Assembly: GCA_964561475.1 (NCBI GenBank)
Contig: CAZLPU010000005.1
Coordinates: forward strand, 4,425-68,424
Length of the DNA stretch: 64,000 nt
Origin: an uncultured Alphaproteobacteria bacterium
GTDB taxonomy: Bacteria; Pseudomonadota; Alphaproteobacteria; JAJFIK01
Reading direction: 5' to 3'
Both the position numbers and the translations under genes were made by a program. This document shows positions 39,909-50,066 of this stretch, piece by piece; the first letter of the stretch is position 1, and the number at the start of each line of letters is the position of its first letter. Under the pieces are notes generated by a model, which saw nothing but the letters and a program-made list of their open reading frames with translations, searched no databases and had not been told where the DNA came from.

Positions 39909-39985
39909 TGGTACAGCTGCCCCGGTTCGAACGGGGGACCTCTAGATCCACAATCTAGCGCTCTAACCGACTGAGCTACAGCTGC
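39909..39985 (-). tRNA. tRNA-His (anticodon GTG), alphaproteobacterial type (no encoded G-1, A73, G1·U72)
   Basis: Manual fold of the reverse complement: acceptor GCAGCUG/CAGCUGU, D-arm GCUC-AGUCGGUUA-GAGC, anticodon arm CUAGA-UUGUGGA-UCUAG, variable loop AGGUC, T-arm CCCCG-UUCGAAC-CGGGG, then A-CCA encoded. Confidence 0.85.
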
Positions 39986-40335
39986 ACTGGGAGGCGGGCC
40001 CGCAGGCCTGCGAGACCCGTACACATACCGTCACAGCCGGGCGGTTGCAAGGCCTGGAAATCGAAGGATCTCCCCTGCCCCGATCCATTATGGAACGGGG
40101 CCGCCCTTGGCATGGGATTACCCTGCCCATGGGGCAAGGATGCCACAGCCGCCCGTCCTTGGACATTTACGGGAAAACATGGCCGGTTTGTAACTGGCCA
40201 AAGCCTCCCCCAGAGCCGATGCCCGAATGATCATGTATTGAAGGTCCGGCATACGGCAACGCGCCGGTTGGGACAGGGCCGGAACGGCCGGAGCCATCAA
40301 GCCAGGCCCGGACCGGCCCCCTTGGGAGCCTTGCG

Positions 40336-41772
40336 GTGACCGATATCGTCTTTGAAGACGAAAAGATGCTCATTATCGGAGCGGGTCCCATGGGCCTTGC
40401 CGCGGCCCGGGCGTTGTGGGCCCGGGAGATCCCTTATGTGCATGTGGAAGCCGACGCGGGCCCCGGCGGGATCTGGCGCCACGGGATGCGCCCGCGCACC
40501 CGGGCCACCACCCCCCGCCATCAAATGGCCTTCCCCGGGTTTCCCATGGACCCGTCCCTGCCCCTGTTTCCCCTGCCCCATCAGGTGCGCGCCTATCTGG
40601 AGCACTACGCCGCGGCCCACGGCCTGACCGATGCCATCCAGTTCGGGACCAAGGTGGTATGGGTCCGCCCGGCTGAGGACAATTTGTGGGAAGTCACCTT
40701 CGACGACGGGCGCCGAGCCCTCTACAAGGGCGTGCTTGTGTGTTCCGGTCAGGCCTGGGCCGCCCGCTGGCCCCTGATCGCGGGCACCTTCACGGGGGAT
40801 TACCTCCATGCCCGGGATTTCGCCGACCCGACCCAGCTCCGGGACAAACGGGTGCTGGTGATCGGCGGGGGCACCACCGGCTGCGATGTGGTCTGCGAGG
40901 CGGCCCGGGTTGCCCAGGCCACCACCTGGAGCCTGCGCGGTGCCAGCCACATCCTGCCCCGTTTTCTGCTGGGCCAGCCCATTCACGACTGGATGAACCT
41001 GCCCCTGCCCCTCACGGTCCGGCGCATGCTGATCAAGAGTGTGGTGCGGGTGATCAACGGGCCCTACAGCCGTTATGGCCTGCCTGCTCCGGAGACGGAT
41101 CTGTTCGACCGGGACCCGGTGATCGGCGGAGAGGTTCTGGAGCATATCTCCGCGGGCCGTGTCACGGTGAAGCGGGAAGTACGCGGGTTTGAAGGCAGTT
41201 ACGCCAATTTTGAAGGGGCGGACCGGCTGGGCGGCGCCTGCGCTTTCGACGTGGTGATCTGCGCGACGGGCTACAATCTGGCCTTCCCGTTTCTGCCCGA
41301 TGACCTGTGTCCGCAGATCGGCCAGGTCATGCAGCTCCAGAGCCATGCGGTGCTGCCCGGCTACCGGCACTTCTACCTGTTGGGCGGCGGGCGTCCCTGG
41401 ACCGGTTTCGGCCCCATGGCCCAGCCCATGGCGGATCTGGTGGCCCAATGGATTGGCCTTCAGGACCGGCTCGACCATCCCCTCGGCCTGTGCCTTCAGG
41501 CTCTGCGCAACCGTCCGCCCCAGCGCCCGGTCTCCGATCCCCGACGCACGGCTCAGCATGTACGGGCCTGGAAGAACCGGGACTGGCTGATCCGGTTCGC
41601 CGACCACTCTTTGATCGACGGTCCGGGCGAGCCCAATGTCCCCCTGGATCCCCCGGCACATCTGCCGAGCCCGCCACCGCCCACAGATCCCGCCGGTACG
41701 GAGGAAACCTCTTCACCGGATAAAGCGCCCGCCCGCTCCTCCCACAAAGGCCGTCCCCTGAAAGTGTTCTGA
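40336..41772 (+). CDS. Flavin-containing monooxygenase-like NAD(P)/FAD-binding oxidoreductase
   Basis: Two Rossmann dinucleotide motifs (IIGAGPMGLAAA near the N-terminus, VIGGGTTGCD mid-protein) and an FMO-like spacing. The proline-rich C-terminal tail is low complexity. Confidence 0.7.
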   Translation: MTDIVFEDEKMLIIGAGPMGLAAARALWAREIPYVHVEADAGPGGIWRHGMRPRTRATTPRHQMAFPGFPMDPSLPLFPLPHQVRAYLEHYAAAHGLTDAIQFGTKVVWVRPAEDNLWEVTFDDGRRALYKGVLVCSGQAWAARWPLIAGTFTGDYLHARDFADPTQLRDKRVLVIGGGTTGCDVVCEAARVAQATTWSLRGASHILPRFLLGQPIHDWMNLPLPLTVRRMLIKSVVRVINGPYSRYGLPAPETDLFDRDPVIGGEVLEHISAGRVTVKREVRGFEGSYANFEGADRLGGACAFDVVICATGYNLAFPFLPDDLCPQIGQVMQLQSHAVLPGYRHFYLLGGGRPWTGFGPMAQPMADLVAQWIGLQDRLDHPLGLCLQALRNRPPQRPVSDPRRTAQHVRAWKNRDWLIRFADHSLIDGPGEPNVPLDPPAHLPSPPPPTDPAGTEETSSPDKAPARSSHKGRPLKVF

Positions 41773-41829
41773 TCGGGTACTCTCCCGGACGCATCAGAGT
41801 GGCCTCAGACACTGGGAAGGAGTGGGACC

Positions 41830-42018
41830 ATGGGATTGAACGACCCGAGCGACATTGCCGCCGATCTGCAAATCGGCGCGACGGATCAGGGGATGGTGCG
41901 CATTTATGTCAGTGCACCGGGGGTGGACCTGCCGATGGATTTCACCCCGGAAGAGGCCCTGGACATCGCCGAAGATCTCCAGGCTGCCGCCCAGGCCATC
42001 CAGGCGGCGCGGAAATAG
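41830..42018 (+). CDS. Small hypothetical protein (62 aa)
   Basis: GGAAGGAG Shine-Dalgarno 7 nt upstream. Acidic, non-repetitive composition. Convergent with the downstream LOG-like gene. Confidence 0.45.
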   Translation: MGLNDPSDIAADLQIGATDQGMVRIYVSAPGVDLPMDFTPEEALDIAEDLQAAAQAIQAARK

Positions 42019-42021
42019 CTT

Positions 42022-42582
42022 TCACAAGCCCAGAATGGTCTTGCACAGGATGAAACGGGCGCCGGGCCAGTCATCGCAGAAAATCGCGCCGGGCACCTGG
42101 GGGGCGCTGGGCAGGGACAAAACCGTCCGGTTGAATTGAAGTCCCAGGGCGATTTCCGACAGGGTGCCATAGCCCCCGGCAATGGCGATCAGGGCGAATG
42201 CGGATCGGGCGATGATGGCATTACGCGCCGGGCCCAGGCCGCTCGCCAAAGGCACCCCCACATGGCCGTTGGCCCCGCTCCAATGGTCGTCCGGCAGCAG
42301 GCCGATGGACAGTCCCCCGGCGTCTTCCACGCCCCGGCTTGCGGCTTCCATCACACCGCCTTTGCCGCCGGTGAGGACCACAAGCCCCAGCTTTGCCAGG
42401 TCATGGCCCACCTGTTCCGCGATCTGGAGGTCCCCAGGTGCTGCATCCCGGGCACCGATCACCGCAACGGGCGCACGTAACCGGTAGCCGCTGTTGCGCT
42501 GGAGCCAGACCACGGCGGTTTCCGGTGAAACCGCTTCCGCGCCCTTGCCCGCCGGCTCCCCATCCCGCCAGGTCCGGGTCAT
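42022..42582 (-). CDS. TIGR00725/LOG-family Rossmann-fold nucleotide-binding protein
   Basis: The core VAVIGARDA....LVVLTGGKGGVMEAASRGVEDAGGLSIGLLP....IIARSAFALIAIAGGYGTLSEI matches the LOG/TIGR00725 family. Start uncertain; the ORF extends upstream to 42714. Confidence 0.6.
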   Translation of the reverse strand: MTRTWRDGEPAGKGAEAVSPETAVVWLQRNSGYRLRAPVAVIGARDAAPGDLQIAEQVGHDLAKLGLVVLTGGKGGVMEAASRGVEDAGGLSIGLLPDDHWSGANGHVGVPLASGLGPARNAIIARSAFALIAIAGGYGTLSEIALGLQFNRTVLSLPSAPQVPGAIFCDDWPGARFILCKTILGL

Positions 42583-42973
42583 GGGATCGAACCGCTTCGG
42601 GCCCGGACGCCAGAGGCTCAGGCTGGAGCCGGGCATGAAGTAAAGCCCGGGATCCGCGAACTGGCCACCATGTCCGCCCCCCTCCGGCCGTCCCGATGAT
42701 CTATGCCCCATCACTCCCCTCCATCCCCATCACTCCCCTCCAGATCTTCTCAAGAGCGCCCCTGCCCTTGGGGGGTGCCGAGGCTCCCGCCCTCTTTTTG
42801 CTCGCGGTTTCTGTTTCGGTCAGCCCCGTTTTATTCAACGGTGCGTGCCATTTACGCCCATTCCATGATGACGCCCCTGGGGACATGGTATGCCCCTTGC
42901 TGCCCAGGTGGTGAGCGTAAAGTGCCCCCCTGAGACACCCGGCACCGGCATGGGCTGATCTGAACCATTAACC

Positions 42974-44734
42974 ATGCAAGATTGGCGCCGGGCCATGTGT
43001 CATACCGGGACCGTCCCGGAATGGGGCGCCAAAGAATTCCGGCAGGGGATTGGGGCCCGGCTGAAAGGGGAAAACGTGACCGTGCACGAACCAGACTTGG
43101 ACAGATCCGGCGCCCTCGGCCCGGCCATGGCCACCCATGAGCCGGACAGTTACGCAGGCATTGCCCCGGACACATCCTCCCACGGGACGCAACGCTCCCA
43201 GGCCGCCACAGCCGCCGGGGCGACCCCAGGCCGGCAGGCGGATCAGGACGCCGCTACACCCCTGGCCGGTTCCTGGCTTCTCGACCCGGAAAGCCAGGCC
43301 ATTCTCTGGGCTGATCCCCAGGCCATCCGGTCCTGGCAGGCCGACAATCTCGGCGATCTGCTCGACGCCAGATTCAATCCCCATGATCCGATGCTCCTCG
43401 CCCTGAAAGCCCTGAGCAGGCGGATGAAACCCGGTGACAGTCTCGTGGAGGGACTGCGGCTCATGGCGGGCAACCGGCTGGGCATCCATGCGCTCTGCCG
43501 CATCAGGGCCCAGGAGATCCGGAAAGGGCGCATGGGCCTTCTGGTGGAGATGCTGGGGGCAGCACCGGATTACACCGCACCGGCCGGAGACGGAGCGCCG
43601 AGGCGGAAAGGCGCGCCCTTGAGCGCCCTGATCACCGCCATTGGGCTTCCCTTGCTCATTGTCGATTCCGCCGGGCGCATCTCGGCGGCCAACCCAAGCG
43701 CCCAGCGGCTGTTGCGGCGGGACCAGGAGGCGCTTCAGGGACTGGCACTGGCTGAACTGGTCATGCCCGAGGACCGGGACGGGCTTTCCCGGATTTTGGG
43801 CAACCCGGGCCCGACCGGCGGTGTGAGCACCCTTCACCTCGCGCCCTTCACCGCCGACGAACCGCCTTTGCCCGTGGAACTGCGGGGAGGACCCATTGAA
43901 GGGTCAACGCCGCCGCGTCACTGCGTCCTTGTCCGGGACCTCTCCGAGGCCCACAAGACCCAGGCCGACCTGACCGACGCGAAAGAGCAGGCCGAGGCCC
44001 AGAACCGGCGCAAGACCGATTTCATCGCCCGGGTCAGCCACGAGCTTCGCACCCCCCTGACCGCCGTCATCGGCTTTGCGGAATTGATGCTCAAGGGCGG
44101 TCTCGGGCCCGTGGGCAATCCCCGCTACGAGGCCTATGCCCGCCATGTCTTCGAAGCGGGCCACCATGCCCTTTCCCTGGTGGAGGACCTGTTGGACCTG
44201 TCCCGGATCGAGACCGGCCGCATGGTGCTGGATCCCGGACCCGTGGATGTGGCGGGGCTGATCACAAGCTGCACCACCATGGTGGAGCCCCTGGCCGCCA
44301 ACAGTGCCGTGATCCTGGAGGCCGGCCCGCCGGAAGACCTGCCCCTCGTGCACGGGGATGGCCGGTCCCTGCGCCAGGTGCTGCTCAACATCCTGACCAA
44401 TGGGATCCGCCACACCCCGCCCGGCGGCAAGGTCAGCGTCACCGCCCATGTCACAGCCGACGGTCAGGTTCTGGTGCGGGTCAGTGACACAGGGGACGGT
44501 ATGAGCCGGGAAACCCTGGAGCAGGTTCTGTCCCTGACCGGCACCCGCCGGGACGGTCCCGACCAGGGTCCTTCCGCCGGCCCGGGGCTTGTGGAAAGCA
44601 AGGGCCTGGGTCTCGGACTGCCCCTGGCCAAGGCCCTGGCCGAAGCCAATGGGGCACAGTTGAGCTTGCGGAGTGTCCAGGGCGAGGGCACCATTGTGGA
44701 GGTCCAGCTTCCACGGGAGGAAGCGCCGGTCTGA
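42974..44734 (+). CDS. Cytoplasmic PAS-domain sensor histidine kinase (orphan)
   Basis: HisKA H-box (FIARVSHELRTPLTAVIGFAELM) and HATPase_c (N, G1, G2 boxes). No TM segments and no adjacent response regulator. Start uncertain (42974-43127). Confidence 0.75.
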   Translation: MQDWRRAMCHTGTVPEWGAKEFRQGIGARLKGENVTVHEPDLDRSGALGPAMATHEPDSYAGIAPDTSSHGTQRSQAATAAGATPGRQADQDAATPLAGSWLLDPESQAILWADPQAIRSWQADNLGDLLDARFNPHDPMLLALKALSRRMKPGDSLVEGLRLMAGNRLGIHALCRIRAQEIRKGRMGLLVEMLGAAPDYTAPAGDGAPRRKGAPLSALITAIGLPLLIVDSAGRISAANPSAQRLLRRDQEALQGLALAELVMPEDRDGLSRILGNPGPTGGVSTLHLAPFTADEPPLPVELRGGPIEGSTPPRHCVLVRDLSEAHKTQADLTDAKEQAEAQNRRKTDFIARVSHELRTPLTAVIGFAELMLKGGLGPVGNPRYEAYARHVFEAGHHALSLVEDLLDLSRIETGRMVLDPGPVDVAGLITSCTTMVEPLAANSAVILEAGPPEDLPLVHGDGRSLRQVLLNILTNGIRHTPPGGKVSVTAHVTADGQVLVRVSDTGDGMSRETLEQVLSLTGTRRDGPDQGPSAGPGLVESKGLGLGLPLAKALAEANGAQLSLRSVQGEGTIVEVQLPREEAPV

Positions 44735-44866
44735 TCCGATGAGGATCCGGGAGGGGCGGCACTAAGAATGACTTGCAAAAACAATCCATCGTGGTCAAAT
44801 ACATCCCACAAAGGCGAGGGCCCGCTCGGGGCAGACCTGCGCCTCGGCAGTGGGAGAACCGGACCC

Positions 44867-45055
44867 ATGTATGTTTGTATTTGCCATGCCTTGCGTGAGA
44901 AGGATGTGCGCCGGGTTGTCAATGACGGCGAGACAAGCATTGTGAAGGTGTATCAGAGCCTGGGCTGCAAGCCGCGCTGCGGAAAATGCCTGGGCATGGT
45001 GGCAGAGATTGTTGCTGCGGGAAGCCGTGACGGCACCCAGCAGGGCGGCGCCTGA
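44867..45055 (+). CDS. bfd: Bacterioferritin-associated ferredoxin (Bfd, 2Fe-2S)
   Basis: MYVCICHALREKDV....CGKC cysteine pattern of BFD-like [2Fe-2S] domains. Directly upstream of bfr. Confidence 0.7.
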   Translation: MYVCICHALREKDVRRVVNDGETSIVKVYQSLGCKPRCGKCLGMVAEIVAAGSRDGTQQGGA

Positions 45056-45492
45056 CCTTCAGACTCACCCCTCAAAATCCCGGCCCCGGCCAAGCCTCCG
45101 ACAGGACCAAATCGCGGACCGGCAATGGTCCGGCCGGGCGGATGTCACGGCCACCAGTGCCACGGTCGGACCGGCTGATGAGCGGGGCTTGCGACGTTCC
45201 TGGTGCAAATTACTTTCAGAGGCGGCGCCTTTGCCGCGCATTCGCAAAGAACCTCGTGTTTTCGTGGGCGGATGAGACATATCCTGCGTTGCCAAGCCAC
45301 GGTATCCTGGCCTAACCATGGCGCGTTGAAGGCTGCTGGCGCCCTCGATCCCGTCCCATCCCCGCCCCTCTCAGCCTGCCGGTCAGGTCGAGGGCGAGGA
45401 CACGGAAGATCCGGCCCGCAGCCCCGTCATTGTTTCCTTTGGTCAGGACCCGTCATGGGCAGCCTGCCCCTTTTCAGCAAGGACCGAGCACC

Positions 45493-45984
45493 ATGAAAGG
45501 CGATCCCAAAGTCATTGAGTATCTCAACCTGGCCCTGAAACAGGAGCTGACCGCCATCAACCAGTATTTCCTCCATGCCCGCATGCTGAAGGACTGGGGC
45601 GTGATGAAGCTGGCGGACAAGGTCTATCACGAATCCATCGACGAAATGAAGCATGCGGATGTTCTCATCGAACGCATCCTGTTTCTGGACGCCCTGCCGA
45701 ACCTGCAGGACCTGGACAAGCTCATGATCGGTGAGGATGTGAAGGATTGCCTGGAATGCGATCTGAAACTCGAGCAGCGCGCTCACCCGCTCTACAAGGA
45801 AGCGGTGGAGTACTGCGAGCAGTCGAAAGATTACGTCAGCCGGGAAATCTTTGTGCGGATCCTCGAGTCCGAGGAAGAGCACATTGACTGGATCGAGACC
45901 CAGCTTGACCTGATCGACCGCATCGGCCTTGCAAGCTACACCCAGGGTCTCATGGGCGACGCAGGCGCCAGCGAAGAAGACTGA
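45493..45984 (+). CDS. bfr: Bacterioferritin
   Basis: MKGDPKVIEYLNLALKQELTAINQYFLHARM... matches bacterioferritin, including the haem-ligand Met and di-iron ligands (E, ExxH). Confidence 0.9.
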   Translation: MKGDPKVIEYLNLALKQELTAINQYFLHARMLKDWGVMKLADKVYHESIDEMKHADVLIERILFLDALPNLQDLDKLMIGEDVKDCLECDLKLEQRAHPLYKEAVEYCEQSKDYVSREIFVRILESEEEHIDWIETQLDLIDRIGLASYTQGLMGDAGASEED

Positions 45985-46051
45985 TCCTCACGGAACAGCG
46001 TCAATCTGGTCATAAGGCCAGAAACAGGGACCACATGAGGGGAGCGCCAGG

Positions 46052-47833
46052 ATGACCGACACAGCGCGCCCTTTTGGCCCCTCCCCGGATCGCGCCGGTT
46101 CCGCCAACCGGGCGGCTCCCCTCCCCGCCACCGCGCCTCGATCCGTGCCCCCAGGGGCACTCAGTGCGCGGAAGGGACAGCTTCGCTGGTTGTCCGGGGC
46201 GGCTCTGGTTCTGGGCGGGCTCATCGCCCTGCCCATTCTGGGCATTCTCGCAAGTCTGCTCGCGCCCGTTTTCGGTGTCAGTAGCGGTCCCGACGGGGCA
46301 TGGCCCCATGTCCGGGACACGCTTCTTGGGGAAATGGCCCTCAACTCCCTCTTGCTGGCTCTGGGCACCGGAACCGGTGTCACGGTCATCGGCGTCGGTA
46401 CCGCATGGCTCGTCACCATGTGCGCCTTTCCAGGACGGCGGCTGTTTGAATGGGCCCTTGTCCTGCCCCTGGCGGTTCCGGCCTATGTGCTCGCCTATAT
46501 GTACACGGATTTTCTGCACCACCCGGGAGCGGTCCAGACGGCTTTGCGGGCGGTCACCGGCTGGGGACCCCGGGACTATTGGTTCCCGGAAATCCGTTCC
46601 CGGGAAGGGGCCATCCTGATTTTCAGCGCCGCATTCTATCCTTACGTCTATCTCCTGACCCGGGCGGCCTTTCTCCACCAGTCTGTGTCGATCCTGGAAG
46701 CCAGCCGGTCGCTCGGTGCCACGCCGTGGGCAAGTTTCACCCGGGTGGCCCTGCCCATGGCCCGGCCGGCGATCGTGGCGGGTCTGGCCCTGGCGCTGAT
46801 GGAAACCCTTGCGGATTTCGGAGCCGTGGCCCATTTCGGCGTGCCGACCCTCACCACGGGAATCGACCGGGTCTGGGTGTCCATGGGGGACCGGCTTCTG
46901 GCGGTTCAACTCTCGGCGGCCCTGCTGAGCGTGATGATCCTGCTTCTGGTGCTGGAGCGGCGTAACCGGGGCAAGGCCCGGTATGACGACACAAGAGGGC
47001 GCTACACCACCCTGTCCCGCTACCGCCTCTCTCCCCTCGCCCAGGCGGGGGCCTTCACCGCATGTGCCCTGCCGGTGGCCATCGGGTTTGTAATCCCGCT
47101 GTGCCTGTTGATCTCGCTCAATGCGACGGCGGGCCATGACCTGTTTGCCCCCCGCTATCTCACCCTGACCTGGAACACCATGACCCTGGCGGGCCTGAGC
47201 GCGGTGATCACCACCGGGGTCGCGCTGATCCTGGCCTATGCACGGCGGCTGCAAGGGGGCCCGATCGGCACATGGACCGGACGGCTGGCCGGTCTGGGTT
47301 ACGCGCTTCCGGGCACGGTGATCGCGGTGGGCATCCTCTGGCCCCTGGCCACCTTCGACAATGCCATTGATGCGGCTTTCCGGGACCTGTTCGGCGTCTC
47401 GACGGGACTGGTGCTGACCGGGAGCATCGCCGCCCTGCTTTATGCCTATACGGTCCGTTTCCTGACCATTCCGCTCCAGTCCGTGGAGGCGGGGTTGACC
47501 CAGATCACCCCCAATATGGAAGCCGCCGCCCGGACCCTGGGGGCGCGCCCCGGGGAAACCCTCCGGCGTGTTCATGTACCCATTCTGAGCACGGGACTGC
47601 TCACCGCCGCGATGATCACATTCGTTGAGGTGATGAAGGAGCTTCCGGCCACGAAAATCCTGCGGCCCTTCGATTTCGACACGCTCGCCACCCAGGCCTA
47701 CCGGTTCGCCTCCGACGAACGGCTGGCGGAAGCCTCCACGGCGTGCCTGGTGATTGTCGCCGCCGGCATCGGCCCGGTGATCATCCTGTCCCGGACCATT
47801 GCCCGGTCCCGTCCCGGCGCAACCATCATCTGA
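46052..47833 (+). CDS. Iron(III)/thiamine-type ABC transporter permease with duplicated transmembrane domains (FbpB-like)
   Basis: 593 aa. Two BPD_transp_1-type halves, each with an EAA-like loop. Architecture is typical of FbpB/AfuB. Confidence 0.8.
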   Translation: MTDTARPFGPSPDRAGSANRAAPLPATAPRSVPPGALSARKGQLRWLSGAALVLGGLIALPILGILASLLAPVFGVSSGPDGAWPHVRDTLLGEMALNSLLLALGTGTGVTVIGVGTAWLVTMCAFPGRRLFEWALVLPLAVPAYVLAYMYTDFLHHPGAVQTALRAVTGWGPRDYWFPEIRSREGAILIFSAAFYPYVYLLTRAAFLHQSVSILEASRSLGATPWASFTRVALPMARPAIVAGLALALMETLADFGAVAHFGVPTLTTGIDRVWVSMGDRLLAVQLSAALLSVMILLLVLERRNRGKARYDDTRGRYTTLSRYRLSPLAQAGAFTACALPVAIGFVIPLCLLISLNATAGHDLFAPRYLTLTWNTMTLAGLSAVITTGVALILAYARRLQGGPIGTWTGRLAGLGYALPGTVIAVGILWPLATFDNAIDAAFRDLFGVSTGLVLTGSIAALLYAYTVRFLTIPLQSVEAGLTQITPNMEAAARTLGARPGETLRRVHVPILSTGLLTAAMITFVEVMKELPATKILRPFDFDTLATQAYRFASDERLAEASTACLVIVAAGIGPVIILSRTIARSRPGATII

Positions 47834-47860
47834 GGCTGATCGCCTACCTTATGATCAGGT

Positions 47861-48754
47861 TCAATCCGCCGGTTGAAAGACAATGATGATATCCGACTGG
47901 GCCATCAGCTTGTGCCGTTCGACGGCGGTTTCCTGGGTTTCCCCGTCCTTGTCCCGGTATTTGAGTTGGATGGTCTGTTCCACCGGCTCCCTGGTCTCGC
48001 CATGCTCCGAAGTCTGCTTTTTCACTTTCGGATCCAGATAGAGAATGACGCCCCCTTGATGGCGGGGAAAGGAGCGGACCGTTGCCCCGTCCACCAGAAC
48101 ATGGGCCCAATCGTCACTGGAATGGAGGGGCGGAAACTTGGACGGGGGCATCTCGATGCGCACTTTGGCCATGGTGCGCTGCTGCTGTTTGACGAAAGCG
48201 CGGCCTTCGGACGGTTTGCGCAGATTCACTGCACTGAAAATCCGGTAGACCGCATCATTGCCTCCGGCCAGCACCAGCCCTGTCAGCAGGAAGCCCAGGC
48301 CGGTCGGGAAGGTGCCATCGGGGAAGGGTTCCCCGAAGCCTTCCATCACACTGGCCAGAATGTTGATCTCGACCACATTGGTCACCACAAGGGCCGAGAT
48401 GATGATGAAGGGGGTCTTGAAGGCCTGTCCTTCCAGGAAGGCGGCAAAACGGCGGGAATTGAACAGGGTGGTGTAGGCCTGCTCCAGGATCAGGGTGATC
48501 AGGGCAAGCATCAAAAGATCGTCGATCAGTTGCTCATATTTGCCGTGATGATCCTCATCGCCGGGATTTTTAGTGCGCTGATCACCGGCCGCATCCGTCG
48601 CCTGCCCTGTTTCAGCAGAGGACGGAGCACCGCCGTTATCGCCTGGCTGAGCGCTCTGCCCACCGTCACCCTGGGCAAAAGCATCGACACTTTCGCCGGT
48701 CACCCCTGCCAGGAGCAGAACCAGCAGAAAGAAAACACGCGTCAGTCCAACCAT
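47861..48754 (-). CDS. Hypothetical membrane protein (signal peptide, Gly/Asp-rich segment, 3-4 TM helices, soluble C-terminal domain)
   Basis: Chosen over the overlapping + strand ORF (47873-48787) because it has a signal peptide and coherent hydrophobic helices. No recognised family. Confidence 0.5.
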   Translation of the reverse strand: MVGLTRVFFLLVLLLAGVTGESVDAFAQGDGGQSAQPGDNGGAPSSAETGQATDAAGDQRTKNPGDEDHHGKYEQLIDDLLMLALITLILEQAYTTLFNSRRFAAFLEGQAFKTPFIIISALVVTNVVEINILASVMEGFGEPFPDGTFPTGLGFLLTGLVLAGGNDAVYRIFSAVNLRKPSEGRAFVKQQQRTMAKVRIEMPPSKFPPLHSSDDWAHVLVDGATVRSFPRHQGGVILYLDPKVKKQTSEHGETREPVEQTIQLKYRDKDGETQETAVERHKLMAQSDIIIVFQPAD

Positions 48755-48959
48755 GACCACCTCCGCCGGTTTCAATGCCTGACTTGATGAACATCAAGCT
48801 ATAGGCCCGGCACGGAAGTCTGCCAAGACGGCGGCCCCGGCGCATAAGAGGTTGGTCTTATTGAGTACTGATCCGCGTCCCTGCCCTCTTTGCGGCGGGA
48901 ACGCGGACACTTCCGGGAGGAGGCCGGGCCAATCGATGAGGCCCGGCCGCAGGCTGGTT

Positions 48960-50066
48960 TTACTTGTAGCCCGCAGCGTCAAAGGTCCGTTGGGCTTCGG
49001 CCTGCTTCTCGCCGAGAACGGAGAGATTGAGGGTATCGGCCTTGAAGGCGCCCAGTTGGGAGACCGTGGCGCTGAGGGCCACGCCCTCCACCACCGGGTA
49101 TTCGTCATTGCCGCTGGCGAAATAGGTCTGGGCCTGGTCCGTGGCCAGATATTCCAGGAACTTCACGGCATTTTCCCGGTTGGGGGCGTTCCGCAGCACG
49201 CCGCCGCCGGAAATGTTCACATGGGTGCCGGTGGTTTCCTGATTGGGGAAGATGATCCCGATCTGGCCGGTCTGGTCCGGGTGCGCGAGGCCACGCACAT
49301 CAAGGCGGAAAGCACGGGCGAGGTAATAGGTGTTGCCGATGGCCAGATCGCATTCGCCGGAGACAATGCCCCGCAACTGATCCGTGTCACCGCCCTGGGG
49401 TTCCCGGGCCCGGTTCGCCCAGACCCCCTTCGCCCAGTCCAGGGCTGCCTCGGAACCGCGATTGGCAATCACCGATGCCATCAGGGAGAGCATGTAGATG
49501 TTGCTGCTGCTCCGGGTGCAGACTTTGCCCTTGTAGTCGGGCCGGGCCAGATCCGCGTAGGTCTTCACCGGCGCAGGATCCACCCGGTCCTTGGCGTAGA
49601 AGATCACCCGGGCCCGCTGGGAAAAGCCGTACCAGAGATCGTCAGGGTGCCGCAGGGCTTCGGGCACCCGGGCCTTGAGGGCCTCGGAATCCACGGGCTG
49701 GAGCAGATCCGCTTCGACCGCCGCCCACAGACGGCCCGCATCGGTGGTCAGCAGCACATCCGCCGGAGAATTGCGCCCCTCCGCCTTCAGACGGGCGAGC
49801 AGCACATCCGCCCGATCCTCGATCCGGCGCACCTGGATCCCGGTGGCTTCGGTGAAATCCGTGTAGAGCCGTTCGTCGGTGTCGTAATGGCGGGAGGAGT
49901 AGAGATTGACCACCCCTTCCGCGCTGGCGGTTGTCGTGTCCGCCAGTCCGGCCCAGAGCCCGAGCGCACCCGCCGCGATGACCGAGAACGCGCGCCCGGC
50001 AGTCAGCCGCCGCCCGAAATCCCTGAGACGCCCAAAGGCTTTCAATTTCCGTATCCCACCCGCCAT
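48960..50066 (-). CDS. fbpA: Fe(3+) ABC transporter substrate-binding protein (FbpA/AfuA-like)
   Basis: GGAAGGAG Shine-Dalgarno upstream of MAGGIRKL. Signal peptide. NLYSSRHYDTDE and CTRSSSNIYM regions are typical of ferric-binding SBPs. Confidence 0.85.
   Translation of the reverse strand: MAGGIRKLKAFGRLRDFGRRLTAGRAFSVIAAGALGLWAGLADTTTASAEGVVNLYSSRHYDTDERLYTDFTEATGIQVRRIEDRADVLLARLKAEGRNSPADVLLTTDAGRLWAAVEADLLQPVDSEALKARVPEALRHPDDLWYGFSQRARVIFYAKDRVDPAPVKTYADLARPDYKGKVCTRSSSNIYMLSLMASVIANRGSEAALDWAKGVWANRAREPQGGDTDQLRGIVSGECDLAIGNTYYLARAFRLDVRGLAHPDQTGQIGIIFPNQETTGTHVNISGGGVLRNAPNRENAVKFLEYLATDQAQTYFASGNDEYPVVEGVALSATVSQLGAFKADTLNLSVLGEKQAEAQRTFDAAGYK

Noticed and set aside
39605-40024. 139-aa minus-strand ORF overlapping tRNA-His
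   Set aside because: Its translation includes the tRNA sequence itself (…AQSVRALDCGSRGPPFEPG…), an artefact of an open frame across a structural RNA.
46010-47575. 521-aa minus-strand ORF antisense to the ferric ABC permease
   Set aside because: The permease strand has coherent TM helices and EAA loops. The antisense frame is Gly/Arg/Pro/Gln-rich.
47873-48787. 304-aa + strand ORF overlapping the minus-strand membrane protein gene
   Set aside because: Of the two overlapping frames, only the minus strand gives a signal peptide and TM helices. The + frame is polar low-complexity with no hydrophobic core.
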